Of a stretch of DNA of 64,000 nt, positions 49,411 to 63,752 are shown in pieces. The stretch lies in assembly GCA_048013815.1 (NCBI GenBank), contig CM106586.1, forward strand, positions 2,356,001 through 2,420,000, written 5' to 3'. Below the pieces are notes generated by a model. The model was not told where the DNA came from and searched no databases. It saw nothing but the letters and a program-made list of their open reading frames with translations. The DNA is from Setoptus koraiensis (lineage: Eukaryota; Animalia; Arthropoda). Position numbers and translations under genes: made by a program. The stretch's first letter is position 1. Every line of letters begins with the position of its first letter.

Positions 49411-52074
49411 CTTTGTGAACAGCAGCAGAGGCAGTGTATCAATAAATTCAGCGAGAATTGACTTTCACTATCAAGTTGATAGTATCAACTAGTGTACAGC
49501 CGTTCTCTCTGTTCGTTCTTTCTGTTCATTCTCTCTGTTTGATGACAACTCTGTTGGTGTACAACTATACATATAAAACTCGGCTGAGGGACTCACAATT
49601 GATCGCGAGTTCGCAATCAATCATTATCCGGAGTCACTCATTAGTAGCTCTCTGTATCAAGACGACGACAATAAAGACGACAATGACGAGCTAATCTGCC
49701 AGTGTGCTCGGCCCGGCTCATTAATTAGATAACGCTTTGCGTTAGATCAGGAAGCCACTTCTTTCCGAACACTTATTGCAGCTATAATTGCAGTATGTCA
49801 CACTGTGTCAGTAGTCACTCGCAGCTCACACCTCATGACATTGTCGGCAGCTTCCTCTGTACACTCTATTATCTATATTATCTATGCTAATAGGCTCCCC
49901 AATCATCGCTTTGCAACATCGCCATCAGCAGATAGTCCGCTCAATAATGCAGGATCCGGATAGACTCAGAAGAGAGACGTGAGCTTGGCTCACACTATAG
50001 ATGCGCGATCTTATTTGAATGCGCGCGGATTGTTCGTGACTTTTTTCAGAATTCGCACTCATGTCCGTGGACAGATCGCCTCTAGTTACTAGAATTTAGA
50101 TGGAAAACTTCAAGACAATAGGATATCCGCCATGGATCTATCCTACCTTACACACATGAAAGTTATTTTTGGTTGTCATCATGTCCCATTCTACGCGTCT
50201 GCCACATACAACAACGAATAAATATTACACTAACCCGGATGTTACATCGACAACACGTTGCATTTTGCACGTTGCCCAAACGAGGCCAAGACGGTAGTGG
50301 CTTATAACACATGATTGACACGCACAGTCAAATTTCATGCTATCGGTCCCAAAAGATGACTCACAGTGGATGGTATAGATCGGTAGTATATAGAGAGAGT
50401 GTATAGGGAGAGTTAGAGAGATAATAGAGTTAATCGTCGATGGTAGTCACACGCCACTGTAGGTGTATGCATAATTTTGTGATGCAAAGCAAGTCACGCT
50501 CCGCCATATTGGCGGATATTACAATATGGTGCATGGTTAATGAGTTGTCCTCTTTACAGGTGACTAAAATGCAGACGTCCGGCACAAACAAGTAGACAGC
50601 ACAATGATGACGAATGCAGCTTATACAATATTATTAATATTTTGTTTGGTTGACAGTAATATATTAGTATATATATTTAATGATTGTACGTAAGGTGGCT
50701 GTTGGTGCAAATATAAGTAGTAGTGACCAATGGACGATATTCATTTGGCGAGGCGCGCATGTGGTGGCGCCATCTAGAGATCTTTGTGGCACACATTCAA
50801 GGTCTCGGTGGTGGCCAAAAGAGTGGCGATACAACTTTTTTATCATATAGATATCGCATAATAGATATGATATCATATCACTACTATCACTAGTAATGAT
50901 TAGTATATAGAGTATATACAAGCATAAAGAAGTGCTGCTTTTATTGTATAATGACGCTGGCTTCATCAAACAAATGGCCAGCTAAACAACTGGCGAATTC
51001 TATTACGCACATTACTCACACATGTATGACGAAACGAGCAAAACAAACAGCAGCTATGGTGTCTACCATCGGAGCACTTGTCTCATCTGACAACTGCTTC
51101 GATGGACTGCCGACCCAAGTGCCGGCCCGACTCGTGAAGGCGCCATTTCGGTCAGTAATCCCAGGCGGCTCAAGGGCGCCCCTCGGCCCTCTCGTTGCGA
51201 CTCTTTCTCTCTCACTCACTCTGGCGCTCACTCTGGCGCTCACTCTCCATCTCAACTAGAGAGCGTCTCGTAGAATGATTGGCCAACTAACCAGTCGACT
51301 GCAGCAGCAAGTGCAGTCGTTGTTATATTGATAGTTGTTTTTGCATGACCATGAGCCAGTGAGAACCTGCCACTAGCCACACCGTCATCATCATTGGCAC
51401 TGCAACTAGAGAGACTATGCGGCGCGTTATTGCGCAACAGCCAGCACAGCAACGCCGACAGCAACAGCCAAAGCAGTGGCAGCAACAACAACATCAACAG
51501 CAGCAGCAGCAACAACAACAACCACAACAACGGCAGCAACGGCAAGGTGAGGAACAACAACAATGGTGGCGGTGCCCCCTTGCCGGCGTGATCCATCTGG
51601 CGCAGCGCACAGATTTGCGCGCAACTTTATCCATTGTGTACACGTGGGGGTGCCCCTTTCTTCTCATTAACTTTATTCCTCGTCCGTTTACATTCGCTTA
51701 TTTATACATTTGAGTCTTTATATTTGCCACAAACCGCCACTACAATATACAACTGTGCTATTATTGTGTTGCTCGATTTGGCTCCACTTTATTTAACTCG
51801 ACTTGATTAACTGGGCTCAGTGCGGCTCAACTGGGCTCAACTTTCGCTGTGTCGGCCATACTTGCACGGCTTCTTCCAGCTAAAATTTTTCGCTGTCTAA
51901 CTCTGGGCAAAGTTGTGTAATAATGAGGCATGCCATTGGAAGTGCGGAAGAGCACACACAAGCGCGCTGCATGTGCAACAGCAGCAACGACAACAACGAC
52001 AACAACAACAAGTCGACATGTCGGAATAACAAACACAACAAAAGTTAGTTATCTGCTCGATGTGTAGTTGCATC

Positions 52075-52076
<2 letters not shown>

Positions 52077-52112
<36 letters not shown>
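52077..52112. repeat. (CT)18 microsatellite
   Basis: Direct reading. Confidence 0.95.
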
Positions 52113-52118
<6 letters not shown>

Positions 52119-55100
52119 GTGAGTGAGTCTTGTTGTTTTACCACTCGCTCTCCACTAAAGGATGTTGTGTTCGTATGCGCCACTACCATGTTGTTGTTCA
52201 ATATAGACAGAGACAGCAGTGGCGAGAGTCGTCGGGCTTGAGAAAGTTACGTCAACGAACAACATGAGACGGCGTGCGTTGATGTTGCAGTTTTGCAGCT
52301 CTATCTGGCTCTATCCATAATGGCAGCGGTGGTTGCAAACATGTTGGTGTTACTTTCAACTACTTCTATAGCAACTTTTTCAAATTAAAACGCTCAATGA
52401 TGTCTCCCTCTCACTGTGTCCCACTCTTGTTGCTGTTCTCCGCCATGAATTATCGTAAATTATCATCAAGTAAATGGCCACTCGCTCACACACCCGCTCA
52501 GGGCTCAATGACTCGATACTTGGCTTGACAACCATCTTTTTACTCTATCTATCTCCACTTTCTAGCCCATATGCATCCTATCTTTATATATGAATATAGA
52601 TATGTATCGCCAGTTCAGTGTGGCGACACAAAACTAAAACTAATCATCTAGACAAACCCATACTGTCTAGTCTGGCCAGCAGTCAGTGAGTCTTGGTCGA
52701 GGTGGCTGGCTAGACTAGACACATTCACTGTGACATTTATAACTTGTTAATCTGGCTACCACTGGCAGCTCTCACTAGTTGACTTGACTACACTTGTCGC
52801 TAACAAACTCTTTGTAGACATTTCCAAACAACCTGTGCCCTGATGAGTGAGTGAGCTCGCCAGTTCACGAGCCTCCAGTTCGCTACCAGTATATTAAAAT
52901 TGCGCTACTATTAACAAATCTGTATCTGCTTATCACATGACCGCCAAACACAATTAATGGACTAATTCAATGTTATTAACCAATTGTTTGTTTGCTTGGA
53001 ATCGAGTATTCGTCTCACCGTTGTTAACGGCAACTGTTTTTGCTAACTGATTAGCATTTACAGAGCATCAGACATTGATACTTCGGAGCAACTCAAAACG
53101 AATGATGCGACTTTTTGAATGTATTTGCATATACAACAGTGAGTATAACAGTATACCACTATCACTGATACAGATATAACTGTTATATTATAACTGTTAG
53201 ATCTGTATCTAACTGTTATCAAGCTACGTCAAATGCAAGTTATATCAACAGTTATGAGTTGCAATTGACAATACTGTTACCGTCCCAGTAATGGTGTTAT
53301 AACAGTACTATGCATGTCTGTAATGCTCTCTATATCAATGACAATAATGACTGATAATGATGAGTCTATATAGAGACATTGTAACGACACATTATTAGTG
53401 ACATCGCTTTATAATTTAACACAACAACTCTTTACAAGAATATTGTCAGTGCGAAGCCAATACAAAGATAGTTTGTGTCTATATGGTGTGTGCCAAGAGT
53501 TCGCCTGGCACCCATCTTCATTGGCTCACATTCGCAACCATGCCAGTACGATCTCACATGACACATGTCGTAATCATCATCAATTATTTGAATAATTCAG
53601 CATCACAACATAAGTAGCATTACAAACAACTAAATATGTTGTGCGCTGGTCACGAGAGAGTGGAAGGGCCTCCAAACTGATGCTCGCTACCCAACCAACT
53701 GCTCCAGTCCATATGGCCTAACTAGCTGTCTTGCAACTGCCGGAGTCTGTCATATTACTATTAAGAGAGGCGCCAGAGTAGTGATAATCGTCAATTATCA
53801 TTACTGTTATTGTTGCTTGACTTCATACGCAAGAGCAAGATATTGGATGCGTTTGATTAGCAGCCACTACTCTTGGCAGTTTCTCATCTAGCGTTATGCA
53901 TATTAATATAATAATTTAATATATTAATGCGTTCGCTGGATGCCATCAACGACAACAACGAAACATCGGATAGGTGATAAACACATACCAAGAAGTCGTA
54001 AATGCGAAATGCCCAAGGCTTCTCATTTGACTGCATCTATACCATCATACCGACGAGCCCGATGTTGACACACTTGCGCTGGCATTTGTACAAAATAGTG
54101 CGCATTTTTGTTGCAAAAGACAGCCGCTGTGACCTTGCACAATATCTGCCCAAATACACAGTAGTAATCAAATACTTGCACGAGATATTTGCGACCAAAA
54201 ATTGTCTAGCAAGCAAGTTGTCACTAGGAAATGAGTGAAGATGAGAGCATCACTAACATGTGCATGTATCCATGTGCTCAATGTTTGTTATGGGCCCATA
54301 AAGTGACTGACGGGTGCCCCAATGGCCAGCAAATGCACAACAAACGCACAAAAAGTGCACAACAAACGGCAAGTCAAATAGTAGATCAAATAGATACAAT
54401 TCAGAGAATCGCCCACCATCTAGCAATAGCAGATGAGATAATTGCAATAATTGCAGACAATAAGACCAAGTTACGATACACCAGCGATCGTTAACCAGTC
54501 AAGTTTAGCTCGCCATTGGCGTCGTCGCGATCACTCAATAACTAACGACACGACACTGACAAGCTGCCAATGCAAGCAAGCGGTGTCTGCATATGGCTTG
54601 CATTATCATGATGATAACAATAATAACGATGCTCGACTGTGTGGTTGTGAGCTGACTTGTGAGGCCACTGTAAGTAACAGTTAGTTGCTGGTTGCGCAAC
54701 GATCGTTTCGTTCTCGAGAATTAATTAGCGCTCATTTGGAGAACAGAAGGCGCTTGTTGTTGTCAATCAACGCACTCGATGATTATTTTCTCAAGTGGTA
54801 ATGGGTGGAGTGGCGCATAAGCCGGCATTCATCGAGACATTTTATTACTTGACGAGTGCACACCTTGCGAATACAAATGCATTATTATTCTCGCAAGTCT
54901 CTATGGAGATGTCTGGATATAACTCATAGGCTCCCCTTTTTCTGTTGCGTCAAGTAGACACACACGGGACAGTATAGTAGTATAGTTGCGGTAGTGGTAA
55001 GTGTACCCGCTTGCGATCCCTCGTTGAACGACCTATCAAAATGTAGAAAAATGTAGTTTGATTTGCCTCTGGCGACACACACACACACTCACATTGTCAT

Positions 55101-56229
55101 GCTCGACGCAAGCGAAATGAATCTCACACTTGTTCCGGGAACCGATAGCGACTCGAGAGTGTTGGAAATGTCAAGATTGCTGGGCCCACTTCGGCTCCGA
55201 GCCATTAAGGCCCGGGGGCCGCTTGTCAGAGCTCTCTAGCGACTGCCTTCTTGTGTGAGTGTGTGTGACTCGCATAATATGTGCCTGAGACACTTAAATC
55301 TATCGCCACTGAATACACATAAGTTTGGCCCTACTCAATTCAATATTCACTACTCGGCTCAACATGCAGCGCCACGTATTAAAACGAAACCTTACAATAA
55401 CCCCCATAGCTCATATCATCATCAACACTATTTATGCGTGATTTTACCGTTACATAGAGCAGGTAAATAGACATACATAGAGTGAGACACATAGTGAAAG
55501 ACAGAAAGAGGGATTGTAGAGGTGCAGTTCGTTGGGTGCTAGTGTCCTGAACGCTACTTGAAACACTCCAGGCTCAAATGACACCGTCATTTTTAGCTTG
55601 AGAGCTTGATAGGGCGCCACCATAGCGTCAAAATGGCGACAACAGCCATAATAGCGACAAGGACAGTGACTGGCATGAAAATATTAAAATAAAATGGAAC
55701 AGAATGAAACGAACTAATAATAATTATAACCAGCAGCTCGAGCAATCACCTCTACAGTGTTGATTTGCCTCGAAATTGAAGCAACCCACTGAATCATGCT
55801 GCTGATGCTGAATTATGCTGACCTCACTCTCGGTGCAACCTTGATACCTGCAGATGAGTAAGTAAATGTGTGTGTATAATTAGATAATAGCTGAGCGGAT
55901 GTCTAGCAAGGCTATAGAGCTGGCAGTCTGGCAGGCTGATAGACTGGTATGTGTGTGGCTTCTTTGATCGTTTGTCATTGCCACACAAAGACCTAATAAT
56001 AGAAGCGGGATAACCGCGTTCTCCCCCCCCCCTCTCGTATTCTTTGTCAAGTTCACGTTCGTTCGGAAGCTTTCGGATGTGATCGCTCCCAATCGGGAAT
56101 CACATTTATACGATCAATCTACACCACTTGGACACTATGGCTGCCAGCTGTATCACTGGTTAGCCTCTGTATTTAGTCTCCCTGAAGAGTTTTCTTTCGT
56201 TGCTTCTTACCGCTTCACAGGCTTCTTGT

Positions 56230-56309
56230 GTGACAAATGTTTATCACTAGTGATAAATGTCTGTATCAAGTGATGAATGTCTATCAAAAGTGATAAATAT
56301 CTGTCTGGT
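56230..56309. repeat. Degenerate 20-bp tandem array (GTGATAAATGTCT-like) x4
   Basis: Units start at 56230, 56250, 56270 and 56290, each beginning GTGA(C/T)(A/G)AAT. Confidence 0.7.
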
Positions 56310-59216
56310 TGTTCACAAGTGGAAACGGATAGCTTCAATCAACTGTGAAAAATGGAGCAGATATTTGAATTTAGCAAAGCAAGCAGCAATAAAATGGCTG
56401 GCAGACTCATTGAATAGTGTCTAACAATAGTTAAAGCTACCCGATTGGCAGCTGACCTTTCCACCAAATCTCATCTGTGGCACAAGATGAGCCAGTCATC
56501 TAGATAATGCAGATAATATTGCATAACAAATAAAAAAATAGATATCCCATGTGTCAGCAAGTGATTACACCATACCGACGACCTAGGCCTAGAAACGAGT
56601 GGTGATATAGCGAGTTATCTCTCTCTCTCTCTCTCTCTGTGTCTGCACATCACAACATGCATTGGTGGGACACCTAGTGAGCTTTCTAGCAATCAAAACG
56701 AGCTCTCTAACGAGGCCTGCTAAACTGTTTTGACTGTATTGACCTAACGTTCGAGTTAATCTGCACTGACACCATCAAATTCTATAGATACCAACAGACT
56801 ATGCTAGATTGAGTAATAATACACTACCTAAGGACGAGCGATTGCTTAATTAAAGACACTAACCTTTCTACCGTAACGGTAGATCAATGTTGCATGTTGA
56901 CGTCAAGCAGACGGCTCTACAAAGTTTGTAGTTGCTGGCCCACGCCAATCGAAAGTCAGTTGTTTGTTACCGTTGGCTAATAATAACAGACTAGCAACTG
57001 TTAATTGTGCAAAGGTGCCCAGGTGATATGCTGACCTCGGGGTGTATCGCTGACCGTAGATTTATTTCCAAGAATGTTTCAAAAAGGCGCGCACAACTGG
57101 CTTGTTGAAACGCACGAGCGCAAGGATTAGAGGCTGAGGAGGAGGCGGATAGGAAAAGAGACTAATCTGTTTATTATTTGAGGATTGTGAGTGTGTTGTT
57201 TTGAACAAGTGATATACAGTTTATAGAGTAAACGCTGATACGCTAGCAGCAATGGTACTTAACTTTGCAAATAGTGTCATAATGGCACCACCAAATGCTT
57301 GGCGAGCTTGTCCTGTGTTGGCGTGGTTCTATTATGACAGAGTGGCAGACGGAGTGGCGCTAAGCCATCATGCGGTCTCGCGGCGAATAAATAAGCTGTG
57401 TGAGGAGCTACCTTGGCAAGACATCGTTGATTACTTTGCATTCTACACGTTAGCAAGTTTAGCTTTCACTGTGACTAGAGTCACTAGAGTGAGAAATCAA
57501 ATTGTAGACAGCAAACAGGGATTTAATTCATTTGTGCATTGCTCACTCGCAGTATTAGGGAGAGGGAGAGTCCGGCGCTGATACAGATCACAAGATGAGA
57601 GGAAGAGATAAGAAGACGATAAACTGTTGGATAAGAGAATGGAATTGAAATACCCTTCAGTGCTAGTCAGTCGAGCGTGGCATACACACACACACAAAGA
57701 GAGGGCAGCCTTGCCGCGGTGCAACAACTTGCTGTCTGCAGTTTGCAAGATATATAGTTGCCAGCCTCGAATAGATGAGTTGTGGTTTGTCTTGTTACAC
57801 CAGTTGCGGCGCTACAGTCGGCATTTGTGTGTCATGGTGGCCGTGGTTGCTATATGCGCGCCATCCCGGTTGGCCGTTATGGTGCGCAAAAATTGGGCGA
57901 CCATCGCGCTGCACAAAGATGGTGCACGAGACAGTGATGATCGCATCATGAGGACCATGACGACGACCATCATCATCGAACATGGTCGCCGGCTTGCATC
58001 ATTGAGAGCGTGGGCATGTGTGTATAAACATGATATAGACAACAATTACACAGATTCACAAGTATGCAGATTTGTGGCCGAGTGCACCGGACCTTCGCTG
58101 CTGTGTGTGTCGCAGTGTCGAATTTTCGAAAAGGCATGCGACGAAGTGGTTAGCAGGAATTAAAGCGAGTAAACAGCATAATTGTTGGAAAGTTGTTTCT
58201 GCCGTTGTTTCGGCCGCTGCCGCTGTTGTCTCGGTCGGCGCGTTGTTGTTGGTGCTGCCGCGGTTGTTGTTGTTGTGCCAATGGGGCCAAAGGCAGAAAG
58301 GCACTCACACGCTAGACTAGCGACAAACAGACAGACAGTCGCACAGACGCACAAACGCACATGTGTTCTATGGTCCATGCTTTTGATTGTTGTGCGTGCG
58401 TGTGTAAGCGTGTGTGTGTGTGTGTGTGTGTGTGCGTTCACCATGATGCTGCTATGGTGTGTGCGTGTGTTGCCTAGGACCATCTTCTCTCTATCGCGCG
58501 GCGCACACATGGAATCAAATAAAAATCTCGCTTGCCTGCTAATGTGCGGGTGTGCGGCTGCTGCTGTTGCTATCACATTCATTTATCACCATACTACCAC
58601 CACTACTGTATTAGCAGTGTATTAGTACTACTGTAGTGTGTATAACAAATCTAGTAAAGCTAGTATTGCCATCTTGCTGCCGATGATTTGCCATTGGTTT
58701 ACACTGTATGGTGTATTGGATACAGTAGATTAGAACAACCGCCTATGAGTAGGACGACAACGACGATCATTGCCGCATGAGAGAGCCTTAACAAGACAAC
58801 AACCATAATGCTTTCGTTGAATCAACACCATCGCCCAGACGCACTGGCCAACCTACCACGATCGTCTAATTAATCTCTCTCTCCCTCTCACACACTCTCT
58901 CTCACTCTAACAAGCACACATTTTGTAACAACTCGACAGTGTGTTACAATTCGATAGACCCCGACTATTATTATTATCATCATCTTTATTGCTAATGCAT
59001 TATCATTATTGTATTGATATATAGATTATAAGATCAGACAAATTAGTTATTAGTTGGCCTACCCAACCAGGTTATAATTATTATCACACGTACGGTATTA
59101 GACGACACACAACTCACCATTAGACACTTGCCTGCTTTAGACACGCCACCTATTATATCACATATTATTATTATTATATCGAGACAACAGACGAACCAAA
59201 TCACCAATAGCCAGCT

Positions 59217-62192
59217 ATGGTGAACAACAGCGAACAAGAGTTCATATTTGTGCACGACACTGCCTTCAATGTTGTTATCCAAGCACCAAACTTGGAACCC
59301 TTCGAAATTCAAGTCAGCTCCACCGAGCTTGTCCAGGAAATCCATCACTTGCTCATGGACAGAGAGGACACATGCCATAGGACGTGCTTTTCCTTGCAAC
59401 TTGACAATGTCACTCTAGACAATTTTGCCGAACTTAAAAACATCGAGGGCCTCGCTGAGGGATCCATTATCAAAGTTGTCGAAGAACCATACACTGTCAG
59501 GGAGGCCAGAATTCATTTGAGGCACGTTAGGGATCTTACTAAATCACTAGACTCCAATGATGCTTACAATGGACTAGATTGTCATTCGTTGTCATTCTTA
59601 AACACTATAACACGAGGTGATGTTATGTGTGATAGAAAAACAAATCTTAAAAACAATTGCATCGATTGTACACCGCCAGACTATATATTACCCGGATGTA
59701 AGGAACGCCTTTTGAAGCCATTACATCCTATAAATGATATTGAAAAAGTTCCTACCTCATTGAAAGTATTAACCGCAAGCGGATGGAATCCGCCGCCTGG
59801 TTACAGAAAATTGCATGGCGATCTCATTTACATACATGTTGTTACAAATGAGGACAAAAGACTTAATATTACTAGCTCAACTAAGGGATTCTTTCTAAAT
59901 CAATCCACTGAAGAGGATTATGATCCTACGCCCGCCTCACCAAAAATTATCTATCATTCGTTAATAGATTTGCTAAATGCACAAAGTCCCTCATTTAAAC
60001 GTAATTTTGCTCAAATACAAAGAAAACGACACCAGAAACACCCGTTCGAGCGTGTTGCAACACCATATCAAATCTATAGCTGGTGCGCCATACCAATGGA
60101 ACATAGCATCGATTCTATTCGTGCTGAAGATACTTTCTCTTCTAAGCTTGGATATGAAGAGAATATACCTGGTCAAACGCGTGATTGGAACGAGGAATTA
60201 CAAACTACTAGAGAATTGCCTAGAAAAACTCTTCCAGAGAGACTATTACGAGAGAGAGCTATATTTAAAGTTCATTCGGATTTTGTTGCAGCCGCCACTA
60301 GGGGTGCAATGGCCGTAATTGACGGAAATGTTATGGCTATTAATCCTGGCGAGGACACCAAAATGCAAATGTTCATCTGGAATAGCATCTTTTTCAGTTT
60401 AGGTTTTGATGTTCGGGACCATTACAAGGAACTTGGTGGAGACGCAGCTGCCTTTGCCGCGCCTATCAACGATCTACAAGGAGTCAAGGCTTATTCCACT
60501 GTGGATGTCGAGGGTTTGTACACATTGGGAACTGTAGTAATCGATTATCATGGCTTTAGGGTGACAGCTCAAAGTATTATACCGGGGATTCTGGAACGCG
60601 AACAAGAACAGTCTGTTATTTATGGATCCGTTGACTTTGGGCAGACAGTTATGTCGCACCCAAAGTACTTAGAGTTATTAGCAAAAGCAGCTACCATACT
60701 AAAAATATCTCCACACAAAGTGATAAACGAAAAGGATGAGGAAGTAGAGTTGTGCTCATCTGTGGAGTGTAAAGGTATAATAGGAAATGATGGGAGACAT
60801 TATATACTGGACCTACTCCGTACCTTCCCCCCGGATGTCAACTATTTAACTATCGAAGGTGAGGAACTCAGCAAGGAGGTCCAAGCTTTGGATTATCCTA
60901 AAAAATTTAAACATAAACTGTGTTGCCTTCGCCAGGAATTAATCGATGCATTTTGTGAGCACAAGGATCTAAACGAACAGGATGCAAGATTCAATCCAGA
61001 TGTATTTTCTGAGGGTGTGAAACATCAAAAATCTGATGTAGAACTATTAAAAAAGGAGAGGCAATTAGTGAAGGATGCTGCGGAGTTTCTACTTACGAAT
61101 CAAATAACTGGTTTCATCAGAGATTGTCTCGACCACGCATCCGCACCTCTGGACGGCTTGATGTTATCTGAGGCATTGCATAATCGAGGTATAAATATCA
61201 GATACTTGGGACGTATAACAGAATTGTTTTCTCGAGTTAGACCTCTCAGTTATCTGTACGCAATATCCACAATGGAATTGATAAGTCGTGCAGCCAAGCA
61301 TGTTTACTGTAACTATATTCAGGACGTCGATACTATGAATCTTGCTGCGGCGATTAGTCATTTTTTGAATTGCTATTTATCAACATGTAGCAATATTACC
61401 GCATTGGCTAACAATGACCACGCACCTGTTGATGAAACTGTTAATCATAATCTGAAGAAACTTACTTCCAGGCGAAAGGGTAAGAGGAAGCGTCGTGATC
61501 TCCATATGAATCATCAAAATAATGATTGGATGCAGACCACTCCTAAGTCTTTGTGGAACAGTATACTATCCGAATTAGATAGCTACTACAGTTACCAATT
61601 GACATCTTCTAGCCTAGACCAAGTGATTGATGAACATCGCCTCCATAGATTAGCATTTCTTCGATTGTTCTGTGCTAAAACTGGTATTCAAATATTATTA
61701 AGAGAGTACCTCTTCGACAACAAATCCCGTCCAACATTTACTGAAGATGATATCCTCAACATATTTCCAATAGTAAAACACATAGATCCTCGTGCAACAG
61801 ACGCTTATAACTTCTACACTGCTGGCCAATCGAAAATACAAAGTGGACTTCTAAAGGATGGACATGAGCTCATTTGTGAAGCTTTAAATTTACTTAATCA
61901 TGTCTTTGGGCCTATGCATCCTACTATTGCTCAATGCCTACGCATGGTTGCACGTTTAAACTATATCATGGGCGATCAATATGAGGCTATGGCCTACCAA
62001 CAAAAGGCTGTGCTCATGAGCGAGAAAGTGAATGGAATTGAGCATCCGCAAACTATCACAGAATATACTCACTTAGCTCTATATTGTTTCGCAAATGGAC
62101 AAGTGACAACTGCTCTCAAGTTACTCTATCGTGCACGATACTTATTGCTGCTAGTATGCGGCGAAAACCACCCTGAAATGGCCGTTTTAGAT
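59217..62192 (+). CDS. clu: Clustered mitochondria protein homologue (clueless/CLUH), exon 1
   Basis: Hallmark CLU sequences [86 protein letters not shown] and the TPR region. Donor GAT|GTAAGT at 62193 (phase 0). An additional upstream exon cannot be excluded. Confidence 0.97.
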
Positions 62193-62281
62193 GTAAGTAT
62201 ACGAATCTACGAAATTCAGGAAATATTTCTACCAAGCCACGCTTGATTCTCATTGTCGTTCTTCCCATCTATATCGTACAG

Positions 62282-62710
62282 AGCAACATTGGCCTGATAC
62301 TTCATGCTGTTTGTGAGTACGATTTATCGTTCAGATTCCTGAAGAATGCCTTGAAGCTGAATATTGATTTCTATGGACCGAAGAGTATGAAAGTAGCCGT
62401 CAATTATCACTTGGTTGCACGAACTCAATCTTGCACTGGGGACTTCCGAGGTGCATTGCAAAACGAAAAAGAAACCTATGCCATATATCGACAGACTTTG
62501 GGCCCTGAGCATGAGAAGACCAAGGAGAGCTCTGAGTGCTTGCGCCATCTTACTGCACAGGCGGTGGTTTTAGCCAGAAAACTCAATGATATGCATCAAG
62601 GAAACACAAACCCATTCATACCGCCCATAAACATTCAAAGGCCTTCAATGAGCTCAGTTCTTGAGATGCTTAATATTATCAATGGTATATTGTATCTTCC
62701 CGTATCATAG
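62282..62710 (+). CDS. clu: clueless/CLUH exon 2 (C-terminal TPRs); about 1134 aa in total
   Basis: 89-bp intron, acceptor TACAG| at 62281. The junction reads [16 protein letters not shown] as in CLU proteins, followed by [15 protein letters not shown] and [14 protein letters not shown]. Confidence 0.95.
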   Translation, partial: SNIGLILHAVCEYDLSFRFLKNALKLNIDFYGPKSMKVAVNYHLVARTQSCTGDFRGALQNEKETYAIYRQTLGPEHEKTKESSECLRHLTAQAVVLARKLNDMHQGNTNPFIPPINIQRPSMSSVLEMLNIINGILYLPVS

Positions 62711-63404
62711 ATTCAACAAACAGTTGCCGAATCAAATTCTCTTCCGGGCCCAGGATTAATCGTGTTGATCAATATATCAGAAAACTATTCGTAACAAGCT
62801 TAAGCTCTCAAAATTTATTTTCGACATACCTCAAGACCTAGATCTACAATAATATATTTCTTTTGAATTTCGGAGAAACTATTTACACACAATCACACAC
62901 AGAACTAAGCAAATTTCTAGTTAAGAGTAGAAAGATTTATAAATGTATATAAATACGCATATACATCAAGATAGAAAGGTATCATATGGCATTAGTGTTT
63001 GTTAGTCCCAAGTTAGTTCTGAGGAAAATTGATAGATTTAAATTAAAGATTTATACAAGTTAGAATCAGTTTATATATCATAGATTAGAGCCTTTGTTAG
63101 TCAACTAGCATTGATTAATCCTTCTCTGTTCGCCCAAAAGGCATAATTATAACTTGTTATTTGTTTTTGGCAAGGTGCCAATACTTTCTATTCGCAGGAA
63201 TGCCTAGTTCACTTTAGCGTTTAGAGTACTATAGAGTATACAAGCAACAATTGAGCTCCATATAGTCTGCGTATCTCGTCTGGTAAAATCTTGGAGTCCA
63301 CCGTTATACAATGGTATTCGACTTGTTACATCTAGTTATTATGCAATAAATATTAGATACCTTGATAGTGTCCAAAAATGAAACTATAGTTATTATACAT
63401 CGAA

Positions 63405-63645
63405 ATGATACCAACTCAATATTTCGCACTGGTCTCTATAGTAGCGGCGCTGCCTCTTCATGCATTGCCATTGGACGTGGAGGAAATAAAAATAGGTGCC
63501 ATTATGAAAGATGAATCCCTGAAGGAATCTTTAGACAGAGCTATCGCCAGAGTCAATGCAGATTCCTCCGTTTTGTTTGGCATAAAATTGATTTCAATCG
63601 TGGAATTCATAGATTCGGAGAATAGTTATCAAGCTTCTAAAGCAG
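63405..63645 (+). CDS. Ionotropic glutamate receptor, kainate-like, exon 1 (signal peptide and start of the amino-terminal domain)
   Basis: Signal MIPTQYFALVSIVAALPLHA, then IKIGAI...AIARVNADSSVL...NSYQASKA, typical of an iGluR ATD start. Donor CAG|GTGAGT at 63646. Confidence 0.85.
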
Positions 63646-63752
63646 GTGAGTGGAATCCTTTTTTAATCGACCTATTATTATTCTTCTGAATGACATGCTT
63701 TAGCAATGTTATATTCCTTGATCAATTTCTTGATTTTTTTATTTAATTGCAG

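Noticed and set aside
14061-56309. Short tandem arrays considered as CRISPR-like
   Set aside because: No unique spacers between repeats, eukaryotic context and no cas genes.
57252-57581. 109-aa ATG ORF
   Set aside because: No recognisable domain, splice context or codon bias. The length is within the chance range seen across this window.
58160-58582. Minus-strand ORF with a hydrophobic Cys-rich stretch resembling a signal peptide
   Set aside because: The hydrophobicity derives from TG-rich repeats and the remainder is (ACA)n-derived.
59043-62548. Short ORFs antisense or out of frame within clu
   Set aside because: Overlap a strongly conserved gene on the opposite strand or frame.
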